Assembly: GCA_965222605.1 (NCBI GenBank)
Contig: OZ244960.1
Coordinates: 2,496,001-2,560,000, forward strand
DNA: 64,000 nucleotides
Source: Candidatus Latescibacterota bacterium
GTDB lineage: Bacteria > Latescibacterota > UBA2968
Reading direction: 5' to 3'
Shown here: in pieces, positions 1 to 10,652 of the stretch
Layout of the letters: each line of letters begins with the position of its first letter
Numbering within the stretch: the first letter of the stretch is position 1
Translations under genes and position numbers: made by a program
The notes under the pieces: model-generated
Database searches by the model: none
The model's input: only the letters and a program-made list of their open reading frames with translations
Told to the model about the DNA's origin: nothing

Positions 1-3000
1 CCCCGACTTGTCCGTGCTGGAAGGAGCTATCGCGCCGCTGGGCGTACCCAAAAATCGGTGGAAATCTCACTATTACGCGGGCGTTTTGAAGCGCTATGGT
101 GCAGATTTGCAAACGCCCTATAAACGCATTCCACCAGAGGGGCAACGGGCATTATTATACGGCATAGATAGCAAAATGACATTTGAATGGCGCCGCAGCA
201 ATGGCAGTGTGAAACGCCATCGCGATGGGTTTGAAGGCATTTTGCCACCAATGGAGCGGCAATTTGCCGAGGGGCGAAGTCCCGTGGTGCGCAAACGTCT
301 CGCGCCTTTCATGCGCGTGGGTCTGTGTCCCATATGCGAAGGTACGCGCTTGAAATCTGAAGCCCTATCCGTCAAAATCGAAGGACAGACGCTGCCCGAT
401 GTCACGGCGATGACGGTCGATCGCGCGCACGCCTTTTTTCAGAGCCTCAAATTGGCCGAGATTCAGGCGCGGATCGCCGAAGACGCCCTAAAAGAAATTC
501 GCGGGCGATTGAAATTTCTTCTGGATGTGGGTCTCGATTATCTCACACTCAATCGCACGGCACCAACGCTATCGGGCGGTGAGGCGCAACGCATTCGCCT
601 CGCCAGCCAGATCGGATCTGGATTGGTCGGTGTAACCTATGTGTTGGACGAACCGTCAATTGGCCTGCACCACCGCGACAATCGGCGGTTGCTCGACGCC
701 CTGTGCCGTCTGCGAGATGTGGGCAATACCGTAATCGTCGTCGAACACGATGAAGACACGATGCGGCGCGCGGATCGGGTGGTGGACTTTGGACCAGGTC
801 CCGGGCACCTCGGTGGTCGGGTAGTCGCCGAGGGATCGTGGAAACAGGTGGCGAGGAAGACGCGCTCGATGACAGGGGCTTATCTTTCGGGAAAGAAGAA
901 AATTGCGGTGCCCAAAAGGCGACCCGTGTCGCATCGCGGCTTATGGATTCGAGGTGCACACCACAATAATCTCAAAAATATCGACGTGAAAATTCCCGTC
1001 GGCGTGTTTACCTGTGTCACGGGCGTGTCCGGGTCGGGAAAATCATCGCTGATTGCCGATATTCTCTATCCCGCTCTCGCGCGAGAACTAAACCGCGCAG
1101 AGACGGAAACAGGCGAGCACCGCTGCATTGAGGGCATAGAGCTTCTGGATAAAGTCATCGAGATCAACCAGCAACCCATCGGGCGCACGCCGCGCAGCAA
1201 TGCAGCGACATATACGGGTGTCTTTGATCCCATCCGAAAATTATTTGCCGTGTTACCCGAGTCAAAAGTACGGGGATATAAACCCGGGCGCTTCAGTTTT
1301 AATGTAAAGGGCGGGCGGTGCGAGGCGTGTAAGGGCAATGGCGCGAATCTCGTCGAAATGGATTTCCTCGCCGATGTGTGGGTGACATGTCCCGTGTGTG
1401 AGGGGCGCCGTTTTAATCGCGAGACCCTAAGCGTAAAATACAAGGGCAAGTCCATTGCCGATGTGCTGGCGATGGAAGTCGAAGAGGCGCATCTGTTTTT
1501 TCAGGCAATCCCCGGCATTCATCGCATTCTCCAAACCCTGGTCGATGTGGGAATGGGCTACGTCAAATTGGGCCAGCCCGCGCCAACGCTTTCCGGCGGC
1601 GAAGCACAACGGGTCAAGCTGTCAAAAGAACTGTGCCGCAGAAGCACGGGCCAAACCCTGTATATCCTGGACGAGCCGACAACGGGCCTGCATTTTGCCG
1701 ATATACAAAATCTCTTAAACGTGTTGCATCGGCTCGCGGATATGGGCAATTCCGTGGTGGTTATTGAACACAATCTGGATGTGATCAAAACCGCGGATTG
1801 GGTGATTGATCTGGGGCCTGAAGGCGGCGAAGACGGGGGACAAATTATAGCAGAAGGCACACCCGAACACCTGACGCGCGCTCCCAACTCTCACACGGGC
1901 CGCGCGCTTAGCGAGGTATTGTCGCGCACGCCGCTTGTACCTGCGAAAAACGGCAAAGCGCGAAGCGCCAATGATCAAGTACACACGATTGATGTTTTGG
2001 GTGCGCGGGAGAACAATTTGCAAAATGTGGATGTATCCATTCCACGCGAAAAAATGACCGTGATTTCCGGCGTTTCGGGGTCGGGAAAATCTTCCCTGGC
2101 ACTCGATACAATTTACGCCGAAGGACAGCGGCGATATGTCGAATCCCTATCGGCTTATGCGCGGCAGTTTTTGGGACAAATGCCCAAGCCAAAGGTAGAT
2201 CGCGTGGTGGGCCTGTCGCCCGCGATTGCCATTGAGCAAAAACCCGCGAGCAAAAACCCGCGCTCAACCGTGGGCACGGTAACAGAAGTTTACGATTACC
2301 TGCGGGCACTCTACGCATTATTGGGCGATACCTATTGTCCAAATTGCGATGTGTTGGCGGGCAGTCAGTCCGTGCAGGAAATTGTGGCGCGTGTGCTGAA
2401 GATGGAACGGCGTCTCTACCTTCTCGCACCCGTAGAACTCGGCAAAGGCGAGGATTATACCAGTTTGATCAACCGCTTTCGCCGCGAAGGTTATTTGCGC
2501 GGCAGACTCAATGGCAATGTCTTCAACCTGTCAAACCCACCCGAGATCGATTACAGACAGTCTCACAGGTTCGAAATCCTGATAGATCGCGTGATCGCGC
2601 AAAAAAAGAACCGCAAACGCATCGCGGATTCCGTCGAAAGCGCGCTGGATATTTCAGGGGGCATTTTGATCGTCGCATCGCCCGATGATAGCGAAGAGAC
2701 GCGATTTAGCCAGCATCTCTCGTGTCCATCCTGCGGGCGCAGTTTTGAGACAATAACCCCTCAACATCTGTCTTTTAACAGCTCTGAAGGCTGGTGTTTG
2801 TCCTGCGAAGGACTGGGAACGCAACGCGGCATGGGCATTCACACGCTAATTCCCGATATTCACAAATCATTGTCCGAAGGTGCAGTGCTTCCGTGGGGAA
2901 AGGTGGAAGCACACACACAACTGGGCAACATGCTATCTGCGGTGGGCAAAGCCGCGGGCTTTGACTCGCATACCCCTTTTGCGCAGATAGCAGCGGAGGG

Positions 3001-4762
3001 ACGACATGCGATCTTATACGGCTTGGGAACGCAGTGGTTAAAAACCTCTAAAAATCTCTCATTCCAATTTAAGGGCTTGTTTCCGACAATTGAGACCCTG
3101 GTGCGGCAAGCGCCGCGGTTTCGGCGGCTGATGGGCGAATTTATCCAGGATGTGCCGTGTCCATCCTGCAAGGGATACCGCCTGAAGTTAGAAAGTGCTG
3201 CAATAAAGCTATTCGGCAAAACAATGCCCCAACTGGTGGCGATGCCTATCCGCGAAGTGCGCACCTGGTTTGACACAATGGTTTTGGAAGGGCAGGCGCG
3301 CGAGGCCGCCGCAGAGGTGCTATACGAAATTCAGAGTCGCTTGCGGTTTCTCGACGAAGTGGGCCTGGGATATTTGAACCTGGGACGGCGAGCACCCACG
3401 CTTTCGGGCGGCGAGGCACAGCGCATTCGCCTGGCCAGTCAGATCGGTTCCGGTCTGACCGGAGTGCTCTACGTACTCGACGAGCCGACAATTGGCCTGC
3501 ACCAGCGCGACAATCACCAGTTATTGGCGGCATTGGCGCGGTTGCGCGACCTGGGCAATTCTCTACTTGTTGTCGAACACGACCGCGAGACTCTGAACCG
3601 GGCAGATCACATTCTGGACTTTGGGCCGGGCGCGGGTGTTGAAGGCGGGCGCCTTGTAGCTGCTGGCAATCCGCACAAATTAAAGGCCGACAACGGCTCG
3701 ATAACCGCGCATTATCTCGCGGGCGATTTGCAAATTGAGGTGCCCGGTGTGCGGCGAGACCCCGGACAGGGATCGCTTTCTGTGGTAGGCGCGCGGCATA
3801 ACAATTTAAAAAATGTCGATGTCTCATTTCCGCTGGGCACCTTGACCTGCGTGACCGGCGTATCGGGTTCGGGCAAAAGTTCGCTCGTCAATGACGTGCT
3901 TTTCGGCGCGCTCGCCGCCCGCGTGAATCGCGCACAAAAAGCGTGGGGAGAACACGACGATGTGCTGGGGTTGGAACTAATCGATAAAGTGATCAATATC
4001 GACCAGACGCCAATTGGCTATTCGCCGCGCAGCAATCCGGCGACTTATGTCAAAGTATTTGACAAAATACGCACCCTATATGCCAGTTTGCCAGACGCCC
4101 AGGTGCGCGGATTTAAAACCGGGCATTTCAGCTTTAATCACAAACGCGGGCGGTGCGATGCCTGTGCGGGTTTGGGCGCGCGCTGTATTGAGATGCACTT
4201 CTTGCCCGATGTATGGGTCACATGTGAAAGTTGTGGCGGAAAACGCTACAACCGCGATGTGATTGACATAACCTATAAGGGTGCGTCAATTGCCGATGTT
4301 CTGGAGATGACAGTAGCCGAGGCCCTATCGCATTTTACCCATATACCCGGCATCCAGCGGTCGCTCCAAACCCTTTTTGACGTGGGCCTGGGCTATATCA
4401 AAATGGGACAGGCTTCGACCACGCTCTCGGGCGGCGAAGCCCAGCGCGTGAAACTGGCGCGCGAATTGGCGCGACCGAGCACGGGAAAGACCGTATATAT
4501 CCTCGATGAACCGACAACGGGACTGCACTTTGCCGATATCCAGAAATTGCTCGACGTACTCAATCGACTCGTCAACGCGGGCAATACCGCGATCGTGATC
4601 GAACACAATCTGGATGTGATCAAAACCGCCGATTGGGTGATCGACCTGGGGCCAGAAGGCGGAGAAGACGGTGGCGATTTAATTGCTTGCGGTACACCTG
4701 AAGATGTGGTATCTGTCACAGCCTCGCACACCGGGCGATTTTTGAAAGATGTGCTGGTATAA
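1..4762 (+). CDS. uvrA: Excinuclease ABC subunit A, long tandem-duplicated (four ABC-domain) form; 5' part lies outside the window
   Basis: Frame is open from the window start. Three Walker A motifs GVSGSGKSS and four LSGGEAQR signature/DEP Walker B blocks are visible. The UvrA N-terminal motif DTIYAEGQRRYVESLSAYARQFL reappears mid-protein. Multiple CxxC zinc-finger pairs. Confidence 0.95.
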   Translation, partial: PDLSVLEGAIAPLGVPKNRWKSHYYAGVLKRYGADLQTPYKRIPPEGQRALLYGIDSKMTFEWRRSNGSVKRHRDGFEGILPPMERQFAEGRSPVVRKRLAPFMRVGLCPICEGTRLKSEALSVKIEGQTLPDVTAMTVDRAHAFFQSLKLAEIQARIAEDALKEIRGRLKFLLDVGLDYLTLNRTAPTLSGGEAQRIRLASQIGSGLVGVTYVLDEPSIGLHHRDNRRLLDALCRLRDVGNTVIVVEHDEDTMRRADRVVDFGPGPGHLGGRVVAEGSWKQVARKTRSMTGAYLSGKKKIAVPKRRPVSHRGLWIRGAHHNNLKNIDVKIPVGVFTCVTGVSGSGKSSLIADILYPALARELNRAETETGEHRCIEGIELLDKVIEINQQPIGRTPRSNAATYTGVFDPIRKLFAVLPESKVRGYKPGRFSFNVKGGRCEACKGNGANLVEMDFLADVWVTCPVCEGRRFNRETLSVKYKGKSIADVLAMEVEEAHLFFQAIPGIHRILQTLVDVGMGYVKLGQPAPTLSGGEAQRVKLSKELCRRSTGQTLYILDEPTTGLHFADIQNLLNVLHRLADMGNSVVVIEHNLDVIKTADWVIDLGPEGGEDGGQIIAEGTPEHLTRAPNSHTGRALSEVLSRTPLVPAKNGKARSANDQVHTIDVLGARENNLQNVDVSIPREKMTVISGVSGSGKSSLALDTIYAEGQRRYVESLSAYARQFLGQMPKPKVDRVVGLSPAIAIEQKPASKNPRSTVGTVTEVYDYLRALYALLGDTYCPNCDVLAGSQSVQEIVARVLKMERRLYLLAPVELGKGEDYTSLINRFRREGYLRGRLNGNVFNLSNPPEIDYRQSHRFEILIDRVIAQKKNRKRIADSVESALDISGGILIVASPDDSEETRFSQHLSCPSCGRSFETITPQHLSFNSSEGWCLSCEGLGTQRGMGIHTLIPDIHKSLSEGAVLPWGKVEAHTQLGNMLSAVGKAAGFDSHTPFAQIAAEGRHAILYGLGTQWLKTSKNLSFQFKGLFPTIETLVRQAPRFRRLMGEFIQDVPCPSCKGYRLKLESAAIKLFGKTMPQLVAMPIREVRTWFDTMVLEGQAREAAAEVLYEIQSRLRFLDEVGLGYLNLGRRAPTLSGGEAQRIRLASQIGSGLTGVLYVLDEPTIGLHQRDNHQLLAALARLRDLGNSLLVVEHDRETLNRADHILDFGPGAGVEGGRLVAAGNPHKLKADNGSITAHYLAGDLQIEVPGVRRDPGQGSLSVVGARHNNLKNVDVSFPLGTLTCVTGVSGSGKSSLVNDVLFGALAARVNRAQKAWGEHDDVLGLELIDKVINIDQTPIGYSPRSNPATYVKVFDKIRTLYASLPDAQVRGFKTGHFSFNHKRGRCDACAGLGARCIEMHFLPDVWVTCESCGGKRYNRDVIDITYKGASIADVLEMTVAEALSHFTHIPGIQRSLQTLFDVGLGYIKMGQASTTLSGGEAQRVKLARELARPSTGKTVYILDEPTTGLHFADIQKLLDVLNRLVNAGNTAIVIEHNLDVIKTADWVIDLGPEGGEDGGDLIACGTPEDVVSVTASHTGRFLKDVLV

Positions 4763-4810
4763 AGATGATGTATTTTATTTATTAACGTTACGCAAGCAAC
4801 TATCGCGACC

Positions 4811-4840
4811 ATCCGTGTTCATCGGTGTTTATCTGTGGTT
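4811..4840. repeat. Three imperfect tandem 10-bp units
   Basis: atccgtgttc atcggtgttt atctgtggtt in the uvrA-SDR intergenic gap. Confidence 0.7.
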
Positions 4841-4865
4841 GCTTTTATTTACAGGAGGTTGGTTG

Positions 4866-5645
4866 ATGTCTTTGTTTTCACTCGAAGGTCGCGTCGCCAT
4901 AGTCACCGGAGCGGGGCGCGGTATTGGACGCGGTATTGCAGAGGGGTTAGCTGCACAGGGCGCGAAAATTGTATGTGCCGCGCGCACGCGGTCTCAACTG
5001 GACGAAGTCGTAGCCGCAATTCGAGAAGCGGGGGGCGACGCGATCACTTATGAAATGGACATGAAAAACCTGAATTCCGTGCGCGGAGGCGTCGATACAG
5101 CACTTGAAACGTATGGACAAATTGATATACTCGTCAACAACGCGGGAATGAATATACGCGAGCCATTTGAAGACGTAACAGAGGAACACTACGACGAAAT
5201 CATGGCCGTCAATTTGAAGGGCCTCTACTTTTTAACACAGGCCGTAGTCAAACACATGATCCCGCGCAAACAGGGCAAAATCATCCACATCGGCTCATTG
5301 ACAACGGACTGGTCTCTATCGCAAATTTCTGTTTATACCGCCACCAAAGGCGCAGTTGGGCAACTTGCAAAAGCTCAGGCATTAGAACTGGGACAGCACA
5401 ATATCCAGGTAAACACAATTTGCCCGGGCTTTGTAATCACGCCGTTGACCGAGCGGCTCTGGGAAGATGATACAATGCTCGAATGGGCCGAATCCCGTTT
5501 GCCTATAAAGCGATTGGCAACACCCGAAGACCTGGCCGGTACAGCCGTATTCCTCGCCGCGCCCGCATCGGATTACGTCACCGGACAATCCATTTACGTA
5601 GATGGCGGCTTTATGGCCGGCGAAGCCTGGCCCTTGCCAGAGTAA
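4866..5645 (+). CDS. Short-chain dehydrogenase/reductase (gluconate 5-dehydrogenase/KduD-like)
   Basis: TGAGRGIG, NNAG and YTATK motifs; RBS aggagg upstream of ATG 4866. Confidence 0.9.
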   Translation: MSLFSLEGRVAIVTGAGRGIGRGIAEGLAAQGAKIVCAARTRSQLDEVVAAIREAGGDAITYEMDMKNLNSVRGGVDTALETYGQIDILVNNAGMNIREPFEDVTEEHYDEIMAVNLKGLYFLTQAVVKHMIPRKQGKIIHIGSLTTDWSLSQISVYTATKGAVGQLAKAQALELGQHNIQVNTICPGFVITPLTERLWEDDTMLEWAESRLPIKRLATPEDLAGTAVFLAAPASDYVTGQSIYVDGGFMAGEAWPLPE

Positions 5646-5656
5646 AGGAGAGATCA

Positions 5657-6652
5657 ATGGCGAGATATGGTGTTCAACAAGAGGACTTTCACGGACACGC
5701 GCTTTACGTATTGCGGGATATTGAAACCAATCGTGAAGCCAGTATTTTGCCCTCGGTGGGCAACAATTGCATCTCCTACAAAATCCCAAAAAGCGATGGC
5801 CTGTTAGAACTGATTTATTCCCCGCCCGATCCCGACACCCTGAAAGGCCGCGCAAGTGGATACGGCATCCCCATATTATACCCCTGGCCCAACCGCATAG
5901 ATGGCGGCAAATTTTCGTTTGATGGCGCAGAATACCAGCTCGAAACCCCTGCCCCGGGCGAACACGCTTCTCACGGCTATGTTCACGAACGGCCCTGGCG
6001 CGTGGTCAATTCCGGCGCATCGGAAGGTGCGTGGGTAACCAGTGTCTTCACATCGACGGACTTTCCGGAAATCGGCGCGCATTTTCCCTTTCCCTTTGAA
6101 GCACGGGTAACATATCGGCTGAAAGACGGGATACTACACCTCGAATTTGAAGGCACCAATGCAGGCGATAGCGACATGCCCGTCGGCCTGGGCATCCATC
6201 CCTATTTCCCCCTACCACTCACTGAAAATAGCAACCGGGACCTGTGTACCGTGTGCATGCCCGCATCGACGTACTGGCCCTTGCGCGATGACCCCATCCC
6301 CACAGGAGAGATTTTATCCGTTGACGGCACAGTATTTGACGTGCGCGAAAACACGCTATTGAAAGATCGATATTACGACAACGTCTGGTCCGGCGTATCT
6401 TTAACCGATGGATGGAGCCGATGTGAATACATCGACCCAACCGAAGGCGTGACCATCGCAATGGAAGCCAACGACATATTCCGCGAACTCGTACTCTACG
6501 CCCCCGATACCCGTCCCATCGTATGCTTTGAACCCTATACCTGTGTCACCAACGCCTTCAATTTGCAAAATCAGGGCATTGATTCAGGCTTGATACGCCT
6601 CCAACCCGGTGAAAAACTAACCGGAATAATGAAAATTGTGGGGGAGGCATGA
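5657..6652 (+). CDS. Aldose 1-epimerase / galactose mutarotase-like protein
   Basis: GIPILYPWPNRI, HGY, GIHPYF and VCFEPYT motifs; RBS aaggag. Confidence 0.88.
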   Translation: MARYGVQQEDFHGHALYVLRDIETNREASILPSVGNNCISYKIPKSDGLLELIYSPPDPDTLKGRASGYGIPILYPWPNRIDGGKFSFDGAEYQLETPAPGEHASHGYVHERPWRVVNSGASEGAWVTSVFTSTDFPEIGAHFPFPFEARVTYRLKDGILHLEFEGTNAGDSDMPVGLGIHPYFPLPLTENSNRDLCTVCMPASTYWPLRDDPIPTGEILSVDGTVFDVRENTLLKDRYYDNVWSGVSLTDGWSRCEYIDPTEGVTIAMEANDIFRELVLYAPDTRPIVCFEPYTCVTNAFNLQNQGIDSGLIRLQPGEKLTGIMKIVGEA

Positions 6653-7242
6653 CCAATCGATTACAACAACAAATCGCGTTCTTGCTCGAAGTTGATAAAC
6701 TCAAGCAAATTTTTCGGCAAACCTATTTGCTCGACGAGACGCGAAAAGAAAACGACGCCGAACACTCGTGGCATTTTGCGATGTTTGCACTCATCCTCGC
6801 GGAATACGCGCCCGACCCAGTGGATATCCTGAAAGTAATCAAAATGGCGCTGGTCCACGACCTCGTGGAAATCGATGCGGGCGATACCTTTCTCTACGAC
6901 GAAGCGGGCAACGCCGACAAAGCCGAGCGCGAGACAAAAGCCGCCGACCGCATCTTTGCACTCTTGCCCGAAGAACAGGGCGGAGAACTGCGCGCATTGT
7001 GGGAGGAATTTGAAGAAAAAAAGACACCCGAGGCAAAATTTGCGGGCGCAATGGACCGATTTCAACCTTTTCTACACAATTGCAACACGCAGGGACGCGC
7101 ATGGCAAGAGCACGGGATCACTGCCGATCGCGTATTGCAAAGCAACAGCCACATCTCAATTGGCGCGCCCATTCTATGGAATCGCGTGCAAGAACTGGTT
7201 GATGAAATGGTCGCTGAGGGATATATTGATGTCGAAAAATAG
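6649..7242 (+). CDS. HD-domain hydrolase (YfbR/HD_3-like)
   Basis: ENDAEHSWH...VHDLVEIDAGD...MDRFQP; ATGA overlap with the upstream gene. Confidence 0.88.
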   Translation: MTNRLQQQIAFLLEVDKLKQIFRQTYLLDETRKENDAEHSWHFAMFALILAEYAPDPVDILKVIKMALVHDLVEIDAGDTFLYDEAGNADKAERETKAADRIFALLPEEQGGELRALWEEFEEKKTPEAKFAGAMDRFQPFLHNCNTQGRAWQEHGITADRVLQSNSHISIGAPILWNRVQELVDEMVAEGYIDVEK

Positions 7243-7275
7243 AGGCTAATAATTTTTCGCTCAACGGGAGGAAAT

Positions 7276-9132
7276 ATGAGCCAGACACTCAAGGACTTAT
7301 TAAATGACAGTTTTGAACGACATGCGGATCGCACGGCGGTTCGCGTATTGCGTCGGCCGGATCAGCCCGGCGAAAGGAGATTGCAGTATGTGCCGTTGAC
7401 ATATCTGCAGTTGAAAGCGCAACGGGACAGATTGGCTTCGGGCCTGGCGCAATTGGGATTGGAAAAGGGACAGCGTCTCGGACTTTTGACCGATGGCGGT
7501 CTGGAGTCTGTGCTGGTCTTTCTATCCTGCGATATGCTCGGATTATCGGCAGTGCCGATCTGCAATAAATTGCCCGATGATCTGCTGGTACACAGCATCA
7601 ACCACTCGGGCATCGCCTATTTGTTCACAGATGCAAAAAGTCTGGAACAGGTCGAGAGCGTGCGTGAGCAACTGAACAATCCACCCCAGATAGTCTTGAC
7701 AGAAGGGCATGTCGATGGCGTGCTCTCATTTTTTGAATTGACTCAAAAAGGCGCGGAATCACCGCCGCCAGACGTGGCAATTGAACTCGACGACGAATCG
7801 AAAATTGTGTACACATCGGGATCGTCGGGTCTGCCCAAAGGCGTGATACAAACCCATCGCAATCTCGTGGGTAATATTCTATCCGTATGGGATGCGATCA
7901 GCAACCGCGACCCGGTCATCTTATTCAAATCCGCGCCCGACTATCACACCATGGGCATTTTGAATATCTATTACCCCCTATCAAAAGGCTGGACATTAGA
8001 CCTGGCGCGGTCGCCAGATCGCGTACTGGTAGATATTCGATATTCCGAACCCCAGGGCTTTTTAACTGTCCCACTAATTTTAGACAAAGTATTTGGCAAT
8101 GTGCGAAAAGAAATTGATGCCGGTGGTGCAAAAGGCAAATTGATCGCCCGGTCAGTGCGTGCCAAACAGCGCGTTACGCGCGGTGAAGCGTCGGTCATCG
8201 ACCACCTCGTAAATGCCACACTGGGCAAAAAGGTCGTCGGACAAATCAAAGAAAAGCTCTCGCAGCGCGTGGGCAGCCGTCTCGAACTGTTAATCGTTGG
8301 CTCGGCAAAAGCCGATCCCGAAGCCCTCGACTTTTTTCAGGACGTACTGGATATCGTCTCGCTTGAAGGCTATGGCGTCACCGAATGCAGCCCACTAATT
8401 GCGGCAAACGGGCTGAAAGGACAAAAAACGGGTACCGTCGGACAGCCGTTGCAAGAAGTAAAGATCATCGCCGAGACAGGCGAGGCAATTGCCCATGGCG
8501 ACCCAAAGACAGAAACTTATAGCGGCAGTGGCGATGAGATTGGCGAATTGTGGGTACACGGCGACCACGTCATGACGGGATATCTCAATGATCCCGAACG
8601 CACCGCCGAAGTACTCGTAACCGATGAAGCCGGCAAGGTATGGTATCGCACGGGTGATTTGTTCAGCATGGACGACGAGGGATTTTTGACATTCCAGGGG
8701 CGTCTTGGACGGCAATTTAAATTGAGCAACGGCGAGTTTGTCAATCCTGAACGGCTCGAACGCATTTTTGCTCGCGCATCCCTCATCGAACACGTCTTAA
8801 TCTGCGGCGATCAGACCCGCACATTTCCACTGCCCGTTGTCACCGTAAATGCAGAAGAGGCACAGTTGCAAACAGATATTCCCGATTTGCCCACAGATGA
8901 CGAGGCAGCACTGTGTAGCCATCCCGCAATTGCCGAGCGCATCCGCGAACAATTGTTAAAAGAAGCCACGGCATTTGGCCTTCCCGCGCACGAGCGACCA
9001 CAAAAGATACTGGTCTTGCCAGACCAGTTGAGCGAAGAAATGGGAACCCTCACGCGGGGGTTAAAAAAGGTCGTACCCAAGAGAATTGTAGAAATTTACG
9101 AAAAAGAAATCGCCGCAACTTATGATGGATAA
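7276..9132 (+). CDS. AMP-binding enzyme, long-chain fatty acid-CoA ligase-like
   Basis: YTSGSSGLPKG P-loop, EGYGVTE and YRTGD motifs. Confidence 0.88.
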   Translation: MSQTLKDLLNDSFERHADRTAVRVLRRPDQPGERRLQYVPLTYLQLKAQRDRLASGLAQLGLEKGQRLGLLTDGGLESVLVFLSCDMLGLSAVPICNKLPDDLLVHSINHSGIAYLFTDAKSLEQVESVREQLNNPPQIVLTEGHVDGVLSFFELTQKGAESPPPDVAIELDDESKIVYTSGSSGLPKGVIQTHRNLVGNILSVWDAISNRDPVILFKSAPDYHTMGILNIYYPLSKGWTLDLARSPDRVLVDIRYSEPQGFLTVPLILDKVFGNVRKEIDAGGAKGKLIARSVRAKQRVTRGEASVIDHLVNATLGKKVVGQIKEKLSQRVGSRLELLIVGSAKADPEALDFFQDVLDIVSLEGYGVTECSPLIAANGLKGQKTGTVGQPLQEVKIIAETGEAIAHGDPKTETYSGSGDEIGELWVHGDHVMTGYLNDPERTAEVLVTDEAGKVWYRTGDLFSMDDEGFLTFQGRLGRQFKLSNGEFVNPERLERIFARASLIEHVLICGDQTRTFPLPVVTVNAEEAQLQTDIPDLPTDDEAALCSHPAIAERIREQLLKEATAFGLPAHERPQKILVLPDQLSEEMGTLTRGLKKVVPKRIVEIYEKEIAATYDG

Positions 9133-9137
9133 TCCCC

Positions 9138-10169
9138 ATGCCGATTTTCAATCCCGATAAATTGCGGCGCATTGGCCGCGAAGTCTTCGAACGTGTGGGC
9201 GCAACATCCGAAGAAGCCCAAATTGTGGCCGATTTGCTCGTAGCGTCCAATCTCGCGGGTCACGACTCGCACGGTGTCGTCCGCATCCCACAATACGTGT
9301 CCGGAGTTCAGGGCGGACAAATACGGCTCGGAACAACTGTGGAAATCGAGCGGGAAACCGATGCGACAGCCGTCGTGAACGGACATTGGGGATTTGGGCA
9401 TGTAACCGCAACAGAAGCCATGCACATCGCGATCCAAAAAGCCCAAAAAAGTGCCGTTGGCATCGCAACAGTACATCGGTGCAATCACATTGGGCGATTG
9501 GGTGGATATCCCGTGCTCGCCGCGGCTGAAAATATGGCTGGATTGATGAGCAGCAACGGTCACGGCGCCGATCTCTCGATGGCACCCTGGGGAGGTTTGG
9601 GGCGCATCTTACCCGCGAATTGTCTCGCTGTTGCATTTCCTTCGGACCGCGATTTTCCCATCGCACTGGACTTGACCGCCGCAACTGCGGCAGGTGGTAA
9701 AATGCGGGTCGCTCTGGCCCGGGGCGAGCGCGTACCCGAAAATTGGCTAATCGACGCCGAAGGCAAGCCCACAACTGACCCCGCCGACTACGTACACGGC
9801 AATGCCGCGCTAACGCCTTTTGGCGACCACAAAGGATATGGCCTATCATTCGTTTTTGACATCTTGTCCGGCGCCCTGTCGCCCGCTGGCTGCACCCGCG
9901 AAAATTCACCCGTAACGGGCAATGCCCTATTTGTACAGGCTATTCGCATCGATGCATTCCAGCCCATCTCCGATTTTAAAGCCGAAGTCGGGCAATTTAT
10001 CGACTACGTAAAATCGGCAAAAACCGCACCGGGATTCGACGAAATACTCGTACCGGGCGAACGCTCCTATCGCACGGGTTGTGAACGCAAAGCAAATGGG
10101 ATTCCCATAGACGAAACGACATGGGAACAAATTTGCGAAACAGCAAAAAAATTCGATGTGGAAATTTAG
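9138..10169 (+). CDS. Ldh_2 family oxidoreductase (malate/lactate/ureidoglycolate dehydrogenase)
   Basis: GHDSHG, NHIGRLG, HKGYGL and VPGE motifs. Confidence 0.9.
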   Translation: MPIFNPDKLRRIGREVFERVGATSEEAQIVADLLVASNLAGHDSHGVVRIPQYVSGVQGGQIRLGTTVEIERETDATAVVNGHWGFGHVTATEAMHIAIQKAQKSAVGIATVHRCNHIGRLGGYPVLAAAENMAGLMSSNGHGADLSMAPWGGLGRILPANCLAVAFPSDRDFPIALDLTAATAAGGKMRVALARGERVPENWLIDAEGKPTTDPADYVHGNAALTPFGDHKGYGLSFVFDILSGALSPAGCTRENSPVTGNALFVQAIRIDAFQPISDFKAEVGQFIDYVKSAKTAPGFDEILVPGERSYRTGCERKANGIPIDETTWEQICETAKKFDVEI

Positions 10170-10323
10170 CTATCAGCGATCAGCTTTACTGGCGTTGTGC
10201 TGCGCGTGCAGTTCCCAATCCAACCACCCCAGGGCAATAGCACTCCACGTCTCTACGCAGCGTATTTAACCTCAGATCGAGACATCGGAAGCGGGTCCGT
10301 TGAGACCATATAAGGTCTTTTGT

Positions 10324-10390
10324 AAGAGCCAATCCGACTATTTTGGGACGATATTATGTCTTATATCATAGTCAGATTGGCTCTTTTTTT
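10324..10390 (+). terminator. Long hairpin plus T-tract, probable intrinsic terminator
   Basis: aagagccaatccgactat (10324-10341) pairs with atagtcagattggctctt (10368-10385) with one mismatch, followed by a T run. Confidence 0.65.
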
Positions 10391-10652
10391 ATAGAAAACA
10401 ACACGTTATGGACTCTATCGAGAACTGGAGCATACGATACAGCGAGCCGTAATCGTGTGTCAGGATTCTCGAATTGAAGTTGCGGATAGCGGCTTCAGCA
10501 GTAGCTCTCCTGTTTTTACAGACCGCGAAGTCGTGCCTTTGTTTGCATACTTATCGACTTTTAGCAAGGTTTTCAATAGAGATAATCCAACCACATATTG
10601 CAAAAAACTGGAAACTGGGACAAATCCTGAACGATAGGACAAATTTTGGAAA

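Noticed and set aside
10190-10650. ncRNA, IS end or small ORFs in the long intergenic region
   Set aside because: No recognisable RNA family, terminal repeats or RBS-led ORF; only the hairpin is supportable.
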